From Alphaproteobacteria bacterium (GTDB lineage: Bacteria > Pseudomonadota > Alphaproteobacteria > Bin95): a stretch of DNA of 64,000 nt. Under the pieces are notes generated by a model that searched no databases, was not told the DNA's origin, and saw only the letters and a program-made list of their open reading frames with translations. How positions within the stretch are numbered: position 1 is the stretch's first letter; every line of letters starts with the position of its first letter. The stretch covers positions 1,632,001 to 1,696,000 of the forward strand of contig CBDBGH010000003.1 of assembly GCA_965205265.1 (NCBI GenBank), given 5' to 3'. Made by a program: the position numbers and the translations under genes. Positions 32,225 through 42,208 of the stretch are shown here, piece by piece.

Positions 32225-32272
32225 GTGAAATCCATGCGTTGGACATTGAACGGGCCGGCGGCAGCCGGTCCC

Positions 32273-33406
32273 TCAAAGCTCCTCCAGCCTCCTGATGAAC
32301 CCCCACTTGCGGGAATGCCGCCGCCGCAGGTCATCGAGCCGGTGCGTGAAGGCCGCCGCCGCGCCGTCCTCTTCCGCCAGCGCCTTCAGGTCGGACAACA
32401 GCGCCGCGACCCGGTCGTAACCGCTGGCATGGCGCCTGTCGGCTTCGCTCTCGATCTCGTCCCACACCGCCCCGCCCCGCTGCCTGAGGGCGGCGATCCG
32501 CGCGCGCTGCGCCTCTTCCGCTTCCCGCTCCTGCCGTAAGAGTTCGGCCTCGCGCCGTTCGGCTTCCGCCGCCTCCCTCTCCTCGTGAATGGCCGCCGCG
32601 CGCCTTCGGAGATCGGACACGGTCCGGCGGGCCGTTCGCGCGGCGCTGTCCGACGCCGACGCGGCCTGTCTTGCGCGGCGCCGGACTTCCGCGCCCACAT
32701 GCGGGTCGCCTTCGGCGGCGCGGCGAAGCAATTCCGTCTTCTCATCCTCGGACATGGCGGCGACAGCGGCTCCTATGGCGTCGGCCGACAGGTCGCCGTC
32801 CGCAACGCCCCCATGCGCCTCCGCCGCGGCCTCGACGAGGTCGGAGTCGATGCGGAAGAATTCGGCGAAGGCGGTGAGCGCGCCGGTCAGCGGGCCGATA
32901 CCCGGCAGGGGCTCGATTTCGTCGTCTTTCCGGCCGCCGAATTCCACCTCCGACAGCCATACCAGGTAAAGCAGGCGCAGGTCTCCCGAAAGCAGGTCCG
33001 CGCGAAGCGGCGCCAGGGCAGCGAGCCAGCCGGAGCCGTCGTCCCCGTCATAGTCTTCCGGCTCGCCGTCCTCGCAAATGTCGAGGATCAGCCAGTCGCC
33101 CGACTCGAACACTTCCGCCCAATTGCAGTCATGGAGAAAGGAGTCGAGCCGGGAGCGGTCGACCAGCCGCTTCGGCAGCCGGATCATGAACTGGCGCGTT
33201 CCCCAGTTGGCGAGATAGAGATGCAGGTCGAACCAGCGCGCCATGAGCTTGCGCGGATCGCCTCCGAAATCGCCCCAATTGTAGTGGTTGGCGAAGCTCG
33301 TGGCCGTAATGCGCGCCCGCGACGACAAGGCCCGTAGCGCCTCCCTGTCCGCCTCGTCGAGCGGGCGGTCAACCGCCTGGAACTCCAGATACTGGTATTC
33401 GCTCAA
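32273..33406 (-). CDS. Conserved hypothetical protein (MSEYQY.EF.A.DRPL type)
   Basis: TTG start with GGGGGAG RBS; acidic middle, charged helical C-terminus; host-like codon usage. Confidence 0.8.
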   Translation of the reverse strand: MSEYQYLEFQAVDRPLDEADREALRALSSRARITATSFANHYNWGDFGGDPRKLMARWFDLHLYLANWGTRQFMIRLPKRLVDRSRLDSFLHDCNWAEVFESGDWLILDICEDGEPEDYDGDDGSGWLAALAPLRADLLSGDLRLLYLVWLSEVEFGGRKDDEIEPLPGIGPLTGALTAFAEFFRIDSDLVEAAAEAHGGVADGDLSADAIGAAVAAMSEDEKTELLRRAAEGDPHVGAEVRRRARQAASASDSAARTARRTVSDLRRRAAAIHEEREAAEAERREAELLRQEREAEEAQRARIAALRQRGGAVWDEIESEADRRHASGYDRVAALLSDLKALAEEDGAAAAFTHRLDDLRRRHSRKWGFIRRLEEL

Positions 33407-33485
33407 GGCTCCCCCCTTGGCGACTTGCCCGATGTCCCGTGATATTGTGAACCCCGGCGTCCGAACGCCGCAAAGGCAGGGACAG

Positions 33486-33743
33486 ATGGACAAGCCGAAA
33501 ACGAGCGTTTCCGACACGGCACCGGGCGCCGGGCTGTTCGGACGCCTTTCCGGCAGGGCGAAAAGAAACAAATCCCTGACGGCCGTATCGGCGATAATAG
33601 TGGCCGTTGTGGGCTTGTCGTCCTTAATGGCATTGACCGATTCGGAAAATTCTCCAAGCCTTCTCGTAGTCCTGTTTGTGCTCGTAACAATTGGCCTCTT
33701 TTGCACTCTCGGCGTAATTTTCAATGCTCTGGATGACAAATAG
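33486..33743 (+). CDS. Small two-TM protein (85 aa), lower GC
   Basis: Two hydrophobic helices; AT-richer codons than neighbours. Confidence 0.6.
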   Translation: MDKPKTSVSDTAPGAGLFGRLSGRAKRNKSLTAVSAIIVAVVGLSSLMALTDSENSPSLLVVLFVLVTIGLFCTLGVIFNALDDK

Positions 33744-33802
33744 GCTCGCCCCTTTCCGCCTTCGTCGAGAAGGCCTCCACGGGGGGCAATCGGAGTGGAA
33801 AG

Positions 33803-33840
33803 CCGGCGGCAGCGGAGGGCTCCGCCGCCGCCGGAATTTG
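33803..33840 (-). terminator. Probable hairpin terminator between convergent genes
   Basis: CCGGCGGCAGCGGAG-GG-CTCCGCCGCCGCCGG. Confidence 0.55.
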
Positions 33841-33842
33841 CG

Positions 33843-35501
33843 TCAGGTCGTCAGCCAGCCGAACTGCTGCGGCTTGCGGCCGGCTTGCGGGTGCAGGCGG
33901 ACATTGACGAGCGCCGGGCCGTCGAAGGCAGTCGCCGCGTCCAGCGTCGCCGGCAGGTCCGCCGGGTCTTCGACAAAAGCCCCGAAGCCGCCGAACGCCT
34001 CCATCATCTTGTCGTAGCGCGCGCCGTAGATGAGCACGCCGGCCGGGTTGTCGAACGGGTCCTCGGGATATTCCGGGATGCCCTGCCCGATGCCGCCATT
34101 GTTCAGCACCACGATCTTGATCGGCAGCTTGTAGCGGCAGGCCGTCTCGATCTCCATGCCGGAGAAGCCGATGGCGGAGTCGCCGGAAACCGAGATGATC
34201 GGGCGGTCCGGATGGACCACCGCCGCCGCGACGGCGAAGCCCATGCCGATGCCCATGGTGCCGTAGCTGCCGGCGTCGAGGCGCAGGCGCGGCGCAGCGT
34301 TGGACAGCTGGGTGCGCCCGATATCCATGGTGTTGGCGCCCTCGCCGACGATGACCGCGTCGTCGCCGGCCCAGGCGCTGATGTCCTTGAGCGCGCGGTA
34401 ATAGTTGGTCGGCGTGGAATCGTCCTCCAGCATCGGGCGGATCTGCTCGGCATTGCCCGCCGCCTTCTCCGCAATCGCGCGGCGCCAGTCCGTATCGGCC
34501 GGGTAGAACCACTGCCGGCCCCCGAGCGCCGCGTTCAGCTGGCCGACAATCGCCTTGCCGTCGCCCACCAGCGCCACCTCCGTCGGCACATTGTTGCCGA
34601 TGGCTTCCGGCGAGATGTCGAGCTGGACGACGCGCACCTTCTTGTTGAAGCGCGGCGGCTTGCCGAAATGCATGATCCAGTTGAACCGCGCGCCCATCAG
34701 GAAGACCACGTCCGCCTCGCGGAGCGCATGGCTGCGCGCGGCGCCCACGGACAGCGGATGGTTGTCGTCGATCACGCCCTTGCCGAGCGGGGACGCAAGG
34801 AACGGCACCTGGGTGCGCTCGATGAAGGCGCGGACCTCGTCCTCGGCGCGCGACCACGCCATGCCCTTGCCGACGATGACCAATGGACGCTCGGCGGATT
34901 CGAGCGCGTCCAGCGCCGCCTCGATGTCCTCACCCATCGCCTGCATCCGGGGCGGATCGGCCACCGGAGCCGCCTCGTAGATGTCGTCTTCCTCGACCGC
35001 CTCCTGGATGATGTCGTCCGGCATGTCGAGATAGACCGGGCCCGGCCGGCCGTAGATCGAGGTGCGCACGGCCTTCTCGACATAGAACGGGATGCGCCGG
35101 GCGTGCTCGACCGCATGTGCGAACTTGCAGTAAGGCGCGGCGAGCTGGACCTGGTTCTCCTCCTGGAACGCGCCCATGCCGTTCTGATAGACCGGCGAAG
35201 CGCCGCCGATCAGGATCATCGGCCAGCAGTTCTGCTCGGCATTGGCGAGGCCGGCGAGCGCGTGGATGACACCCGGTCCGGAGACCGTGAGGCACGCGCC
35301 GGGGCGCCCGGTCAGGTAACCGGCAGCCTGCGCGGCATAGGACGCCGCCTGCTCATTGCGCATGCCGACATATTTTATGCCGACCTCCTGCGCCGCCTTC
35401 GCGATCGGCTGCACCGGAAAGCCGACGATGCCGAACATGTATTCGACGCCGTGCTTCTTGAGTTCGCGCGCCATGATCTCCGCGCCGGTCGAAGTGCCCA
35501 T
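33843..35501 (-). CDS. TPP-dependent 2-hydroxyacyl-CoA lyase / oxalyl-CoA decarboxylase family
   Basis: GIVGFPV, RNEQAASYAA, GDSAIGFSGME..LNN, C-terminal RKPQQFGW. Confidence 0.92.
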   Translation of the reverse strand: MGTSTGAEIMARELKKHGVEYMFGIVGFPVQPIAKAAQEVGIKYVGMRNEQAASYAAQAAGYLTGRPGACLTVSGPGVIHALAGLANAEQNCWPMILIGGASPVYQNGMGAFQEENQVQLAAPYCKFAHAVEHARRIPFYVEKAVRTSIYGRPGPVYLDMPDDIIQEAVEEDDIYEAAPVADPPRMQAMGEDIEAALDALESAERPLVIVGKGMAWSRAEDEVRAFIERTQVPFLASPLGKGVIDDNHPLSVGAARSHALREADVVFLMGARFNWIMHFGKPPRFNKKVRVVQLDISPEAIGNNVPTEVALVGDGKAIVGQLNAALGGRQWFYPADTDWRRAIAEKAAGNAEQIRPMLEDDSTPTNYYRALKDISAWAGDDAVIVGEGANTMDIGRTQLSNAAPRLRLDAGSYGTMGIGMGFAVAAAVVHPDRPIISVSGDSAIGFSGMEIETACRYKLPIKIVVLNNGGIGQGIPEYPEDPFDNPAGVLIYGARYDKMMEAFGGFGAFVEDPADLPATLDAATAFDGPALVNVRLHPQAGRKPQQFGWLTT

Positions 35502-35569
35502 CTTTCTCCATGTCCTTCTGAGGGGGTTCGGGCGAACCTAGCAGCGCGTGTCCCGCCATGTCATCCCGC

Positions 35570-36712
35570 TCATCGGCCTGCTCGGCCCGCTGCAAAGGCC
35601 GTAAGCCGCGCCGATACGGCTTCCGGCCGCTCCTGCTGGACCCAGTGGCCCGCCCCCTCGATCAGCCAGGTGCCCGCCCAGCGGGCCGCGCGTTCCTCCA
35701 TTGCCTCGAGCGCGCCGGGGCTCTGGTAAACGCCCCAGTCGGCCGCACCCGAAATGAAGCAGGCCGGAACCTCGAAACGGCGCCCGGAATAGAGCTCGTG
35801 CTCGCGGTCGAACAGCCCGCTCGTCCGGCAGCGATACCAGTTCAGCCCGCCCTGGAAGCCGGTGCGCTCGTATTCCTGCGCATAGACCGCGAGTTCCGCG
35901 TCGGGCAGCCAGCGGCAGGCAGCGATTTGCTCCGCGTCCGGCATTTCCCCAGCCACCGTCTCCGCCATCGTCCGGTCGAGGTCCATGATGTAGTAGGTCG
36001 GCATCCGGGCCAGCTCCCCGGCGGTCCATCCCGCCAGCCGGAAGGGGCGGTTCCCGGCCCAGTCGGCGCTCTTGTGGTGGAAATAGGCCCTGAGGAAAGC
36101 ATGGACGCCCTGCGGGCAATCCTGCATGTCGGCATTCGCCTGCCGGGTCGAGTAGTACCAGTGGTAGTGCTTGCGCGGCCGGTCCAGCGCCGACAGGTCG
36201 TCATGGATGGACCTTGCCGGCGGTGGTTGCGGCGAAATGTCCGGCGGTCCCGGAAACGGCGCGCTCATCAGCGCCAGCCTGCGGAAGATGTCGGGCCGGA
36301 TCAGCGCCGCCCACGCCGCCACCGATGCGCCGTAGTCGTGCCCGGCCAACAGCGCCGCCTCCCGGTGGCCGATTGAGTCCAGCAGGCCCATGACATCGCG
36401 CACGAGGTTGAAGAGCCGGTAGGGTGCGAGGTCTCCGTCATAGTCCGCGTCCCAGCCGGTCGTGCGCCCGTAGCCGCGCTGGTCCGGCGCAACGACTTGG
36501 TAGCCCGCCTCCGCAAGCGCCGGCATGACGCGCCGCCAGCTATAGGCCAGCTCCGGGAAGCCGTGCAGCAGCAGGGCGCATGGCCGGCCGGGCTCCTCGA
36601 AGCCGGCTTCGAGGAAGTGCATGTCGAGCCCGTTGCCATTCGCCGCCATGCGCGAGCGAATGCCGGGCGGCAGGGGAACCCGTCCGTAGGCGGTGTCTCG
36701 GTCTTCAAGCAT
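35570..36712 (-). CDS. Alpha/beta hydrolase (epoxide hydrolase-like)
   Basis: HGFPE, DQRGYG, GHDYG, GHWVQQE. Confidence 0.93.
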   Translation of the reverse strand: MLEDRDTAYGRVPLPPGIRSRMAANGNGLDMHFLEAGFEEPGRPCALLLHGFPELAYSWRRVMPALAEAGYQVVAPDQRGYGRTTGWDADYDGDLAPYRLFNLVRDVMGLLDSIGHREAALLAGHDYGASVAAWAALIRPDIFRRLALMSAPFPGPPDISPQPPPARSIHDDLSALDRPRKHYHWYYSTRQANADMQDCPQGVHAFLRAYFHHKSADWAGNRPFRLAGWTAGELARMPTYYIMDLDRTMAETVAGEMPDAEQIAACRWLPDAELAVYAQEYERTGFQGGLNWYRCRTSGLFDREHELYSGRRFEVPACFISGAADWGVYQSPGALEAMEERAARWAGTWLIEGAGHWVQQERPEAVSARLTAFAAGRAGR

Positions 36713-36804
36713 CCGGGCATCCTAGCCCGGTTCGCGCCCGCCCTTGCCAGCACGCAAGCCGTGGCGCAGACTTTCCGCCGGTTTCCATCCGACGGGAAAT
36801 GCCG

Positions 36805-37107
36805 ATGACCGCCTATCTGATCGTCCGCGCCGAGGTGCCCGAGAACGACCGGGACGCCTTCGACCGCTGGTATGCCGACGAGCACCTGCCGGATGCGAAG
36901 GCGGCGTTCAGCGTCGAAAAGGCGTTTCGCGGCTGGGGCGACGACGGCGCGCATGTCGCCTTCTACCGCTTCGCCGATCTCGCGGCCGCCGAGAAGGCCA
37001 CGGGCTCGAAGGCGATCGGGGAGCTCATCGCGGAATTCGACCGGGTCTGGCAGGACCGCGTCACCCGCACGCGCCGGGTCGTCGATATCGCGCAGGTGCT
37101 GGACTGA
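36805..37107 (+). CDS. EthD/DUF4286-like dimeric alpha+beta barrel protein
   Basis: FDRWYADEHLP motif. Confidence 0.75.
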   Translation: MTAYLIVRAEVPENDRDAFDRWYADEHLPDAKAAFSVEKAFRGWGDDGAHVAFYRFADLAAAEKATGSKAIGELIAEFDRVWQDRVTRTRRVVDIAQVLD

Positions 37108-37132
37108 GCGGCCGAAGGGGAGGAGTTCGATC

Positions 37133-37999
37133 ATGGCCTATCGGCATATAGACGTAAGGACGCTCACGCCGGCCGTCGGGGCCGAGATTCGCGGCGTGGA
37201 CCTTCGCGAGCCGCTGTCGGACGAAACATTCGGCGAAGTGCGGTCCGCGTTCCTCCGCCACCAGGTGGTGTTCTTCAAGGAGCAGAACGCGCTCACGCCC
37301 GACCAGCAGGTCGCCTTCGCCCGGCGCTTCGGCGGCCTTCACCTGCATCCGGCCGCGCCGCATCTGGAAGGCCGCCCGGAAATCTTCGTGATCCATACCC
37401 ACAAGGACTCGAAGATCGCGAACGGCAACGATTGGCACACCGACGTTTCCTGCGACGAGGAACCGCCGCTCGGCACGATGCTGCAATTGCACAAACTGCC
37501 GAGCCAGGGAGGCGACACGCTGTTCGCCAGCATGTATGCGGCCTGGGACGCGCTCTCCGGGCCGATGCAGGCGTTTCTGGAGACCCTGACCGCCCGCCAC
37601 GAGTCCGAGCACATTTATCGGGGCCGCTATTCGGACCGGAATGTGGACGACACCGGAAAGGTCTATCCGGAGACCACCCATCCGGTCGTTCGCACCCATC
37701 CGGAAACCGGACTCCGCGCGCTTTATGTCAACCGCGCCTTCACCACGCGTATCGAAGAACTGGGCGCGGCCGAGAGCAAAGCCCTGCTCAAGTTCCTGTT
37801 CGAACATATGGAGCAGGAGCGCTTCCAGGTCCGCTTCAAGTGGGAGGTCAACGACTTGGCCTTCTGGGACAATCGCTGCCTCCAGCACCATGCCATGTGG
37901 GATTACTGGCCGGAGGAGCGCAAGGGCCACCGCGTGACCGTACAGGGCGACCGCCCCTACCTCGCCCCGCTCGAGCTCCCGGCGGAGGCCGCCGAGTAA
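37133..37999 (+). CDS. TauD/TfdA family dioxygenase
   Basis: WHTD, GGDT.F, HPVVRTHPETG, WDNR..QH. Confidence 0.95.
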   Translation: MAYRHIDVRTLTPAVGAEIRGVDLREPLSDETFGEVRSAFLRHQVVFFKEQNALTPDQQVAFARRFGGLHLHPAAPHLEGRPEIFVIHTHKDSKIANGNDWHTDVSCDEEPPLGTMLQLHKLPSQGGDTLFASMYAAWDALSGPMQAFLETLTARHESEHIYRGRYSDRNVDDTGKVYPETTHPVVRTHPETGLRALYVNRAFTTRIEELGAAESKALLKFLFEHMEQERFQVRFKWEVNDLAFWDNRCLQHHAMWDYWPEERKGHRVTVQGDRPYLAPLELPAEAAE

Positions 38000-38117
38000 G
38001 GCCGCTTCCGCCGCGGACGAACGGCACCGCCCGTGCGTATCGGGACAGGACCGAAGGCATCGCCCCCCCTTTTCCCGTCATGCCCGACCCCCCTTATCGT
38101 CATGCCCGGATTTGTTC

Positions 38118-38503
38118 CATTGCTGTCCGGTTTAGCCATTGGGCGAGGCTGAACGGGAGTCCGCCGGGGGTTTCGGGCGCGCGCGGCGTCTGCGATCCGC
38201 CCCTTGCCCGTGAGGCCCGAATGCCCCCTTCGACAGGCTCAGGGCAGGCTCCTTCGACAGGCTCAGGGCAGACTCTTTGGTCATACCCGGACTTGTTCCG
38301 GGTATCTCTCTCAAGCGGCTCCACCGGGCGGCCGTATGGATGCCCGGAACAAGTCCGGGCATGACGATATGGGGGGCGGGCATGACGGGAACAGGGCCGG
38401 GCCGCCGGGCGTCGATCCGAGTCCCGATCCCGCCGAACCCCTCGAAACCCGCTTGAATCCAAGCCATGCGCTCTGTCCACCAAATCTAAGCCGGACAGCA
38501 GTG
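38118..38503. mobile_element. Complete MITE (386 bp) inserted in a REP doublet
   Basis: Same TIRs; flanks GATTTGTTC (38109-38117) and GACTTGTTC (38504-38512); internal 24-bp duplication. Confidence 0.88.
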
Positions 38504-38750
38504 GACTTGTTCCGGGTATCTCCCGCCACAGCTTCCGTCGGACGGCCGCATGGATACCCGGAACAAGTCCGGGCATGACGGAAGAGCCTGTCGAAGGGGA
38601 CGTTCAGGCATGATCGAAAGGGAGCGGATCGGAGACGCCGCGCGGTTTTCCCGCCCGCCGATTTCTGCGCTTTTGTGGGTAAATCGCTCGCTCCGGGCGG
38701 GCGAATCCGGTTAGGACCCGGCTGACCGACAGTCAGGGAGTCCGGGTTCG

Positions 38751-41700
38751 ATGCCTCATGCCGATTTCGTGCATCTCAGGGTGCATTCCGCCTACTCGCT
38801 GTCGGAAGGGGCGGTTCGGATCGAGGACCTGGTTTCGCTCTGCAAACGGTCCCGCATGCCGGCGGTTGCGGTCACGGACAGCGGCAATCTTTTCGGCGCG
38901 ATGGAATTCGCTGTCTATGCCTCGCAAGCCGGCGTCCAGCCTATCGTCGGCACGCTGCTTGCAGTCGGCGATACACCCCGTCGTCATACGCGGCACGACG
39001 ACGAGCCGGCGCCGATCCTGCTGCTGGCGCAGAACGAAACCGGTTACCGCAACCTGCTGGAGCTCGTCACTGCCTCCTTCCTGGAAACGCCCGGAACGGA
39101 AGCGCCGCATGTCGAGTGGAGCCGCCTCGAAGGCCGCACGGACGGCGTGATCGCGCTGAGCGGCGGGCCGCGCGGGCCCGTCGGCCGCGCGCTTGCGGAA
39201 GGCCGGACGGAGCTTGCGCGCCAGCTGCTGGAACGCCTGTCCGGGCTGTTTCCGGGGCGCCTCTATGTCGAGCTGATGCGCCATGGCGATGGCGGGCGCC
39301 CGGAGGAAGAAGAAGCGTCGATAGAGCTCGCCTATGCGCTGGACCTGCCGCTGGTCGCCACCAACGATGTGCATTTCGGCGCGGAGGACGACTACGAGGC
39401 GCACGATGCGCTGCTCTGCATCGCGTCTGCGCGCCGGGTCGAGGAGGAAGACCGGCCGCGCCTGACGCCGGACCATCGCTTCAAGACCGCCGAAGAGATG
39501 CGCGCGCTCTTCGCCGACCTGCCCGAAGCCGCCGACAACACGCTGGCCATAGCGCGGCGCTGCGCCTTCATGCCGACCGAGTCGGAGCCGATCCTGCCGG
39601 CCTTCGATCCCGGTGTGGACGAAGCGGAGGAGTTGCGCCGCCTGGCGCGCGAGGGCCTGGAGGGGCGGCTGGCCGAGCATGTCTTCCCGCAGGGCGCCGG
39701 CGAGGAAGACGCAAAGCCCTATCGCGAACGGCTCGAATACGAACTCGGTGTCATCGTCGACATGAAGTTTCCGGGCTATTTCCTGATCGTTTCCGAGTTC
39801 ATCCGCTGGGCGAAGAGTAAGGACATTCCGGTCGGACCGGGCCGCGGGTCCGGGGCGGGGTCGGTTGTCGCCTGGGCCCTGCAGATCACCGATCTGGACC
39901 CGCTGCGCTGGGGGCTCCTGTTCGAGCGCTTCCTCAATCCCGAACGCGTCTCGATGCCGGACTTCGATATCGACTTCTGCCAGGACCGGCGCGATGAGGT
40001 CATCGCCCATGTCCAGGACCGCTACGGCCACGACCGGGTGGCGCAGATCATCACCTTCGGCAAGCTGCAGGCGCGCGCCGCGCTCCGCGATGTCGGCCGC
40101 GTGCTCGGCATGCCGTTCGGGCAGGTGGACCGGATCAGCAAGCTGGTGCCGCACAACCCCGCGAACCCACCGAAGCTGGAAGACGCCGTCGCCAACGAGC
40201 CAGCCCTGCAGACCATGCGGGACGAGGACGAGACCGTCCGCCAGCTCATCCATCTGGCGCTCAAGCTCGAAGGGCTCTACCGGCACGCCTCGACCCATGC
40301 GGCGGGCGTGGTGATTGCGGACCGGCCGTTGCAGCATATCGCCCCGCTCTATCGGGACCGCGGCTCCTCCGACATTCCGGCGGTGCAATTCAGCATGAAA
40401 TGGGCGGAAGCGTCCGGCCTTGTCAAATTCGATTTCCTCGGCCTCAAGACGCTAACGGTTCTCGAAGATGCCCGCAAAATGTTGGCGGAAAAGGGCCTTG
40501 AAATCGACCTTCTGAAACTGCCGCTCGACGACAAAAAAACCTTTGAAATGCTCTCGAGAGGGGAGACTGTCGGCGTGTTCCAGATGGAAGGAGCGGGCAT
40601 GCGGGATACGCTGAAAAAACTGAAACCGACCCGGTTCGAGGACCTGATTGCCGTCGTTGCGCTTTACCGTCCCGGACCGATGGAGAATATCCCGACTTAC
40701 ATCAAGAGAAAGCATGGAAAGGAAGGCATAGACTACATGTATGAAACCCTCCAGCCGATATTGGAGGAAACATACGGCATTATAATTTACCAGGAACAGG
40801 TGATGCAAATTGCGCAGGTCCTGTCCGGTTACACGCTCGGAGGCGCGGATTTGCTGCGCCGCGCCATGGGCAAGAAAATCCAGTCGGAAATGGACGCCCA
40901 GAGAGAGACCTTCATCAATGGGGCGGTTTCGCGCGGCGTCGAGCCTAAATTGGCTGAAAAGATATTCAACCTGGTGGACAAGTTTGCAGGCTACGGCTTC
41001 AACAAATCCCATGCCGCCGCCTACGCGCTTATCGCCTACCAGACGGCCTGGCTCAAGGCCAACCATCCGGTCGAGTTCATGGCCGCGTCCATGACCCATG
41101 AGCTCGGCAATACGGACAAGCTCGCCCCCCTGCTTCGCGAGCTGGACAGGATGGACGTCGCGCTGCTGCCCCCGGACGTGCAGCATTCCGGCGCCCTCTT
41201 CCAGGTCGAGGCGGCGCCGGACGGCACGCCCGCCATCCGCTACGCCCTGGCCGCGGTCAAGTCCGTCGGCAGGGCCGCCATGGAGGCGGTGGAGAAGGAG
41301 CGCGGGTCCGGCGGCCCCTTCAAGAGCCCGTTCGACTTTGCCGGGCGGCTCGGCCCGAGAGCTTTGAACTCTCGGCTGCTGGAAAAGCTCGCGGAGGCCG
41401 GAGCCTTCGACTCGCTGGAGCCGGACCGGGCGCGCGTCTTCGCCGGCGCGGAAATGCTGATGCGCCACGCGGCCGTCGAGGAAGAGGAGCGGACGACCAA
41501 CCAGACCAACCTCTTCGGCGCCGTCGAGGATTTCGTGCCGGACCCGAAACTGCCCAACGCTCCGAATTGGGAGCCGATGGAGCGCCTCCAGCATGAATTC
41601 GACGCCACCGGCTTCTACCTGTCCGCCCATCCGCTGGACGAGTACGAACGCTATTTCCCGCGCCTGCGCGTCGAACCGATCCGGGCCCTGCCGGGCCTGG

Positions 41701-42197
41701 TGAAGCGGGGGCGCAATGCGGTCAACATCGCAGGCACCGTGCTCTCGAAGCAGGAACGCACCTCGAGGCGCGGCAACCGTTTCGCTTTCGTTGCCGTTTC
41801 CGACAGTTCCGGCCAGTCGGAGATCACCCTGTTCTCGGAAGTGCTGGCTACGGCAAGGACGCTGCTCGATACCGGGAAACCGCTGCTGTTCGCCTGCGAG
41901 GCCGCCATGGACGGCGAGGATGTCCGCCTCACCGCGAAAAGCGTCGAGCCGCTGGACGCGGCGGTCGGCAAGACCGGCAACGGCGTCAGCATCTTCATCG
42001 ACGACTACGAGGCCCTGCCCCGCATCCAGAGCGTGCTGCAACGGGAGCCGGCCGGCCGCGGCGAGGTCCGGATCCTGTTCGACATGGACAGGACGCATGA
42101 GGTCCAGATGTCGCTTGGCAGCCGCTTCACCGTCACGCCCGGCATGCTCTCCGAGTTGAAGGCGATGAAGAATATCGAGGAAATCCAGGAGATTTAG
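38751..42197 (+). CDS. dnaE: DNA polymerase III alpha subunit
   Basis: HLRVHSAYS PHP domain, GRGSGAGS, PDFDIDF, KFDFLGL, GYGFNKSH, OB fold. Confidence 0.99.
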   Translation: MPHADFVHLRVHSAYSLSEGAVRIEDLVSLCKRSRMPAVAVTDSGNLFGAMEFAVYASQAGVQPIVGTLLAVGDTPRRHTRHDDEPAPILLLAQNETGYRNLLELVTASFLETPGTEAPHVEWSRLEGRTDGVIALSGGPRGPVGRALAEGRTELARQLLERLSGLFPGRLYVELMRHGDGGRPEEEEASIELAYALDLPLVATNDVHFGAEDDYEAHDALLCIASARRVEEEDRPRLTPDHRFKTAEEMRALFADLPEAADNTLAIARRCAFMPTESEPILPAFDPGVDEAEELRRLAREGLEGRLAEHVFPQGAGEEDAKPYRERLEYELGVIVDMKFPGYFLIVSEFIRWAKSKDIPVGPGRGSGAGSVVAWALQITDLDPLRWGLLFERFLNPERVSMPDFDIDFCQDRRDEVIAHVQDRYGHDRVAQIITFGKLQARAALRDVGRVLGMPFGQVDRISKLVPHNPANPPKLEDAVANEPALQTMRDEDETVRQLIHLALKLEGLYRHASTHAAGVVIADRPLQHIAPLYRDRGSSDIPAVQFSMKWAEASGLVKFDFLGLKTLTVLEDARKMLAEKGLEIDLLKLPLDDKKTFEMLSRGETVGVFQMEGAGMRDTLKKLKPTRFEDLIAVVALYRPGPMENIPTYIKRKHGKEGIDYMYETLQPILEETYGIIIYQEQVMQIAQVLSGYTLGGADLLRRAMGKKIQSEMDAQRETFINGAVSRGVEPKLAEKIFNLVDKFAGYGFNKSHAAAYALIAYQTAWLKANHPVEFMAASMTHELGNTDKLAPLLRELDRMDVALLPPDVQHSGALFQVEAAPDGTPAIRYALAAVKSVGRAAMEAVEKERGSGGPFKSPFDFAGRLGPRALNSRLLEKLAEAGAFDSLEPDRARVFAGAEMLMRHAAVEEEERTTNQTNLFGAVEDFVPDPKLPNAPNWEPMERLQHEFDATGFYLSAHPLDEYERYFPRLRVEPIRALPGLVKRGRNAVNIAGTVLSKQERTSRRGNRFAFVAVSDSSGQSEITLFSEVLATARTLLDTGKPLLFACEAAMDGEDVRLTAKSVEPLDAAVGKTGNGVSIFIDDYEALPRIQSVLQREPAGRGEVRILFDMDRTHEVQMSLGSRFTVTPGMLSELKAMKNIEEIQEI

Positions 42198-42208
42198 CCC
42201 GGAGGGCG

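Noticed and set aside
38751-42197. Intein in DnaE
   Set aside because: The length is normal (1148 aa), with no splicing motifs or insertion; only the nucleotide composition shifts
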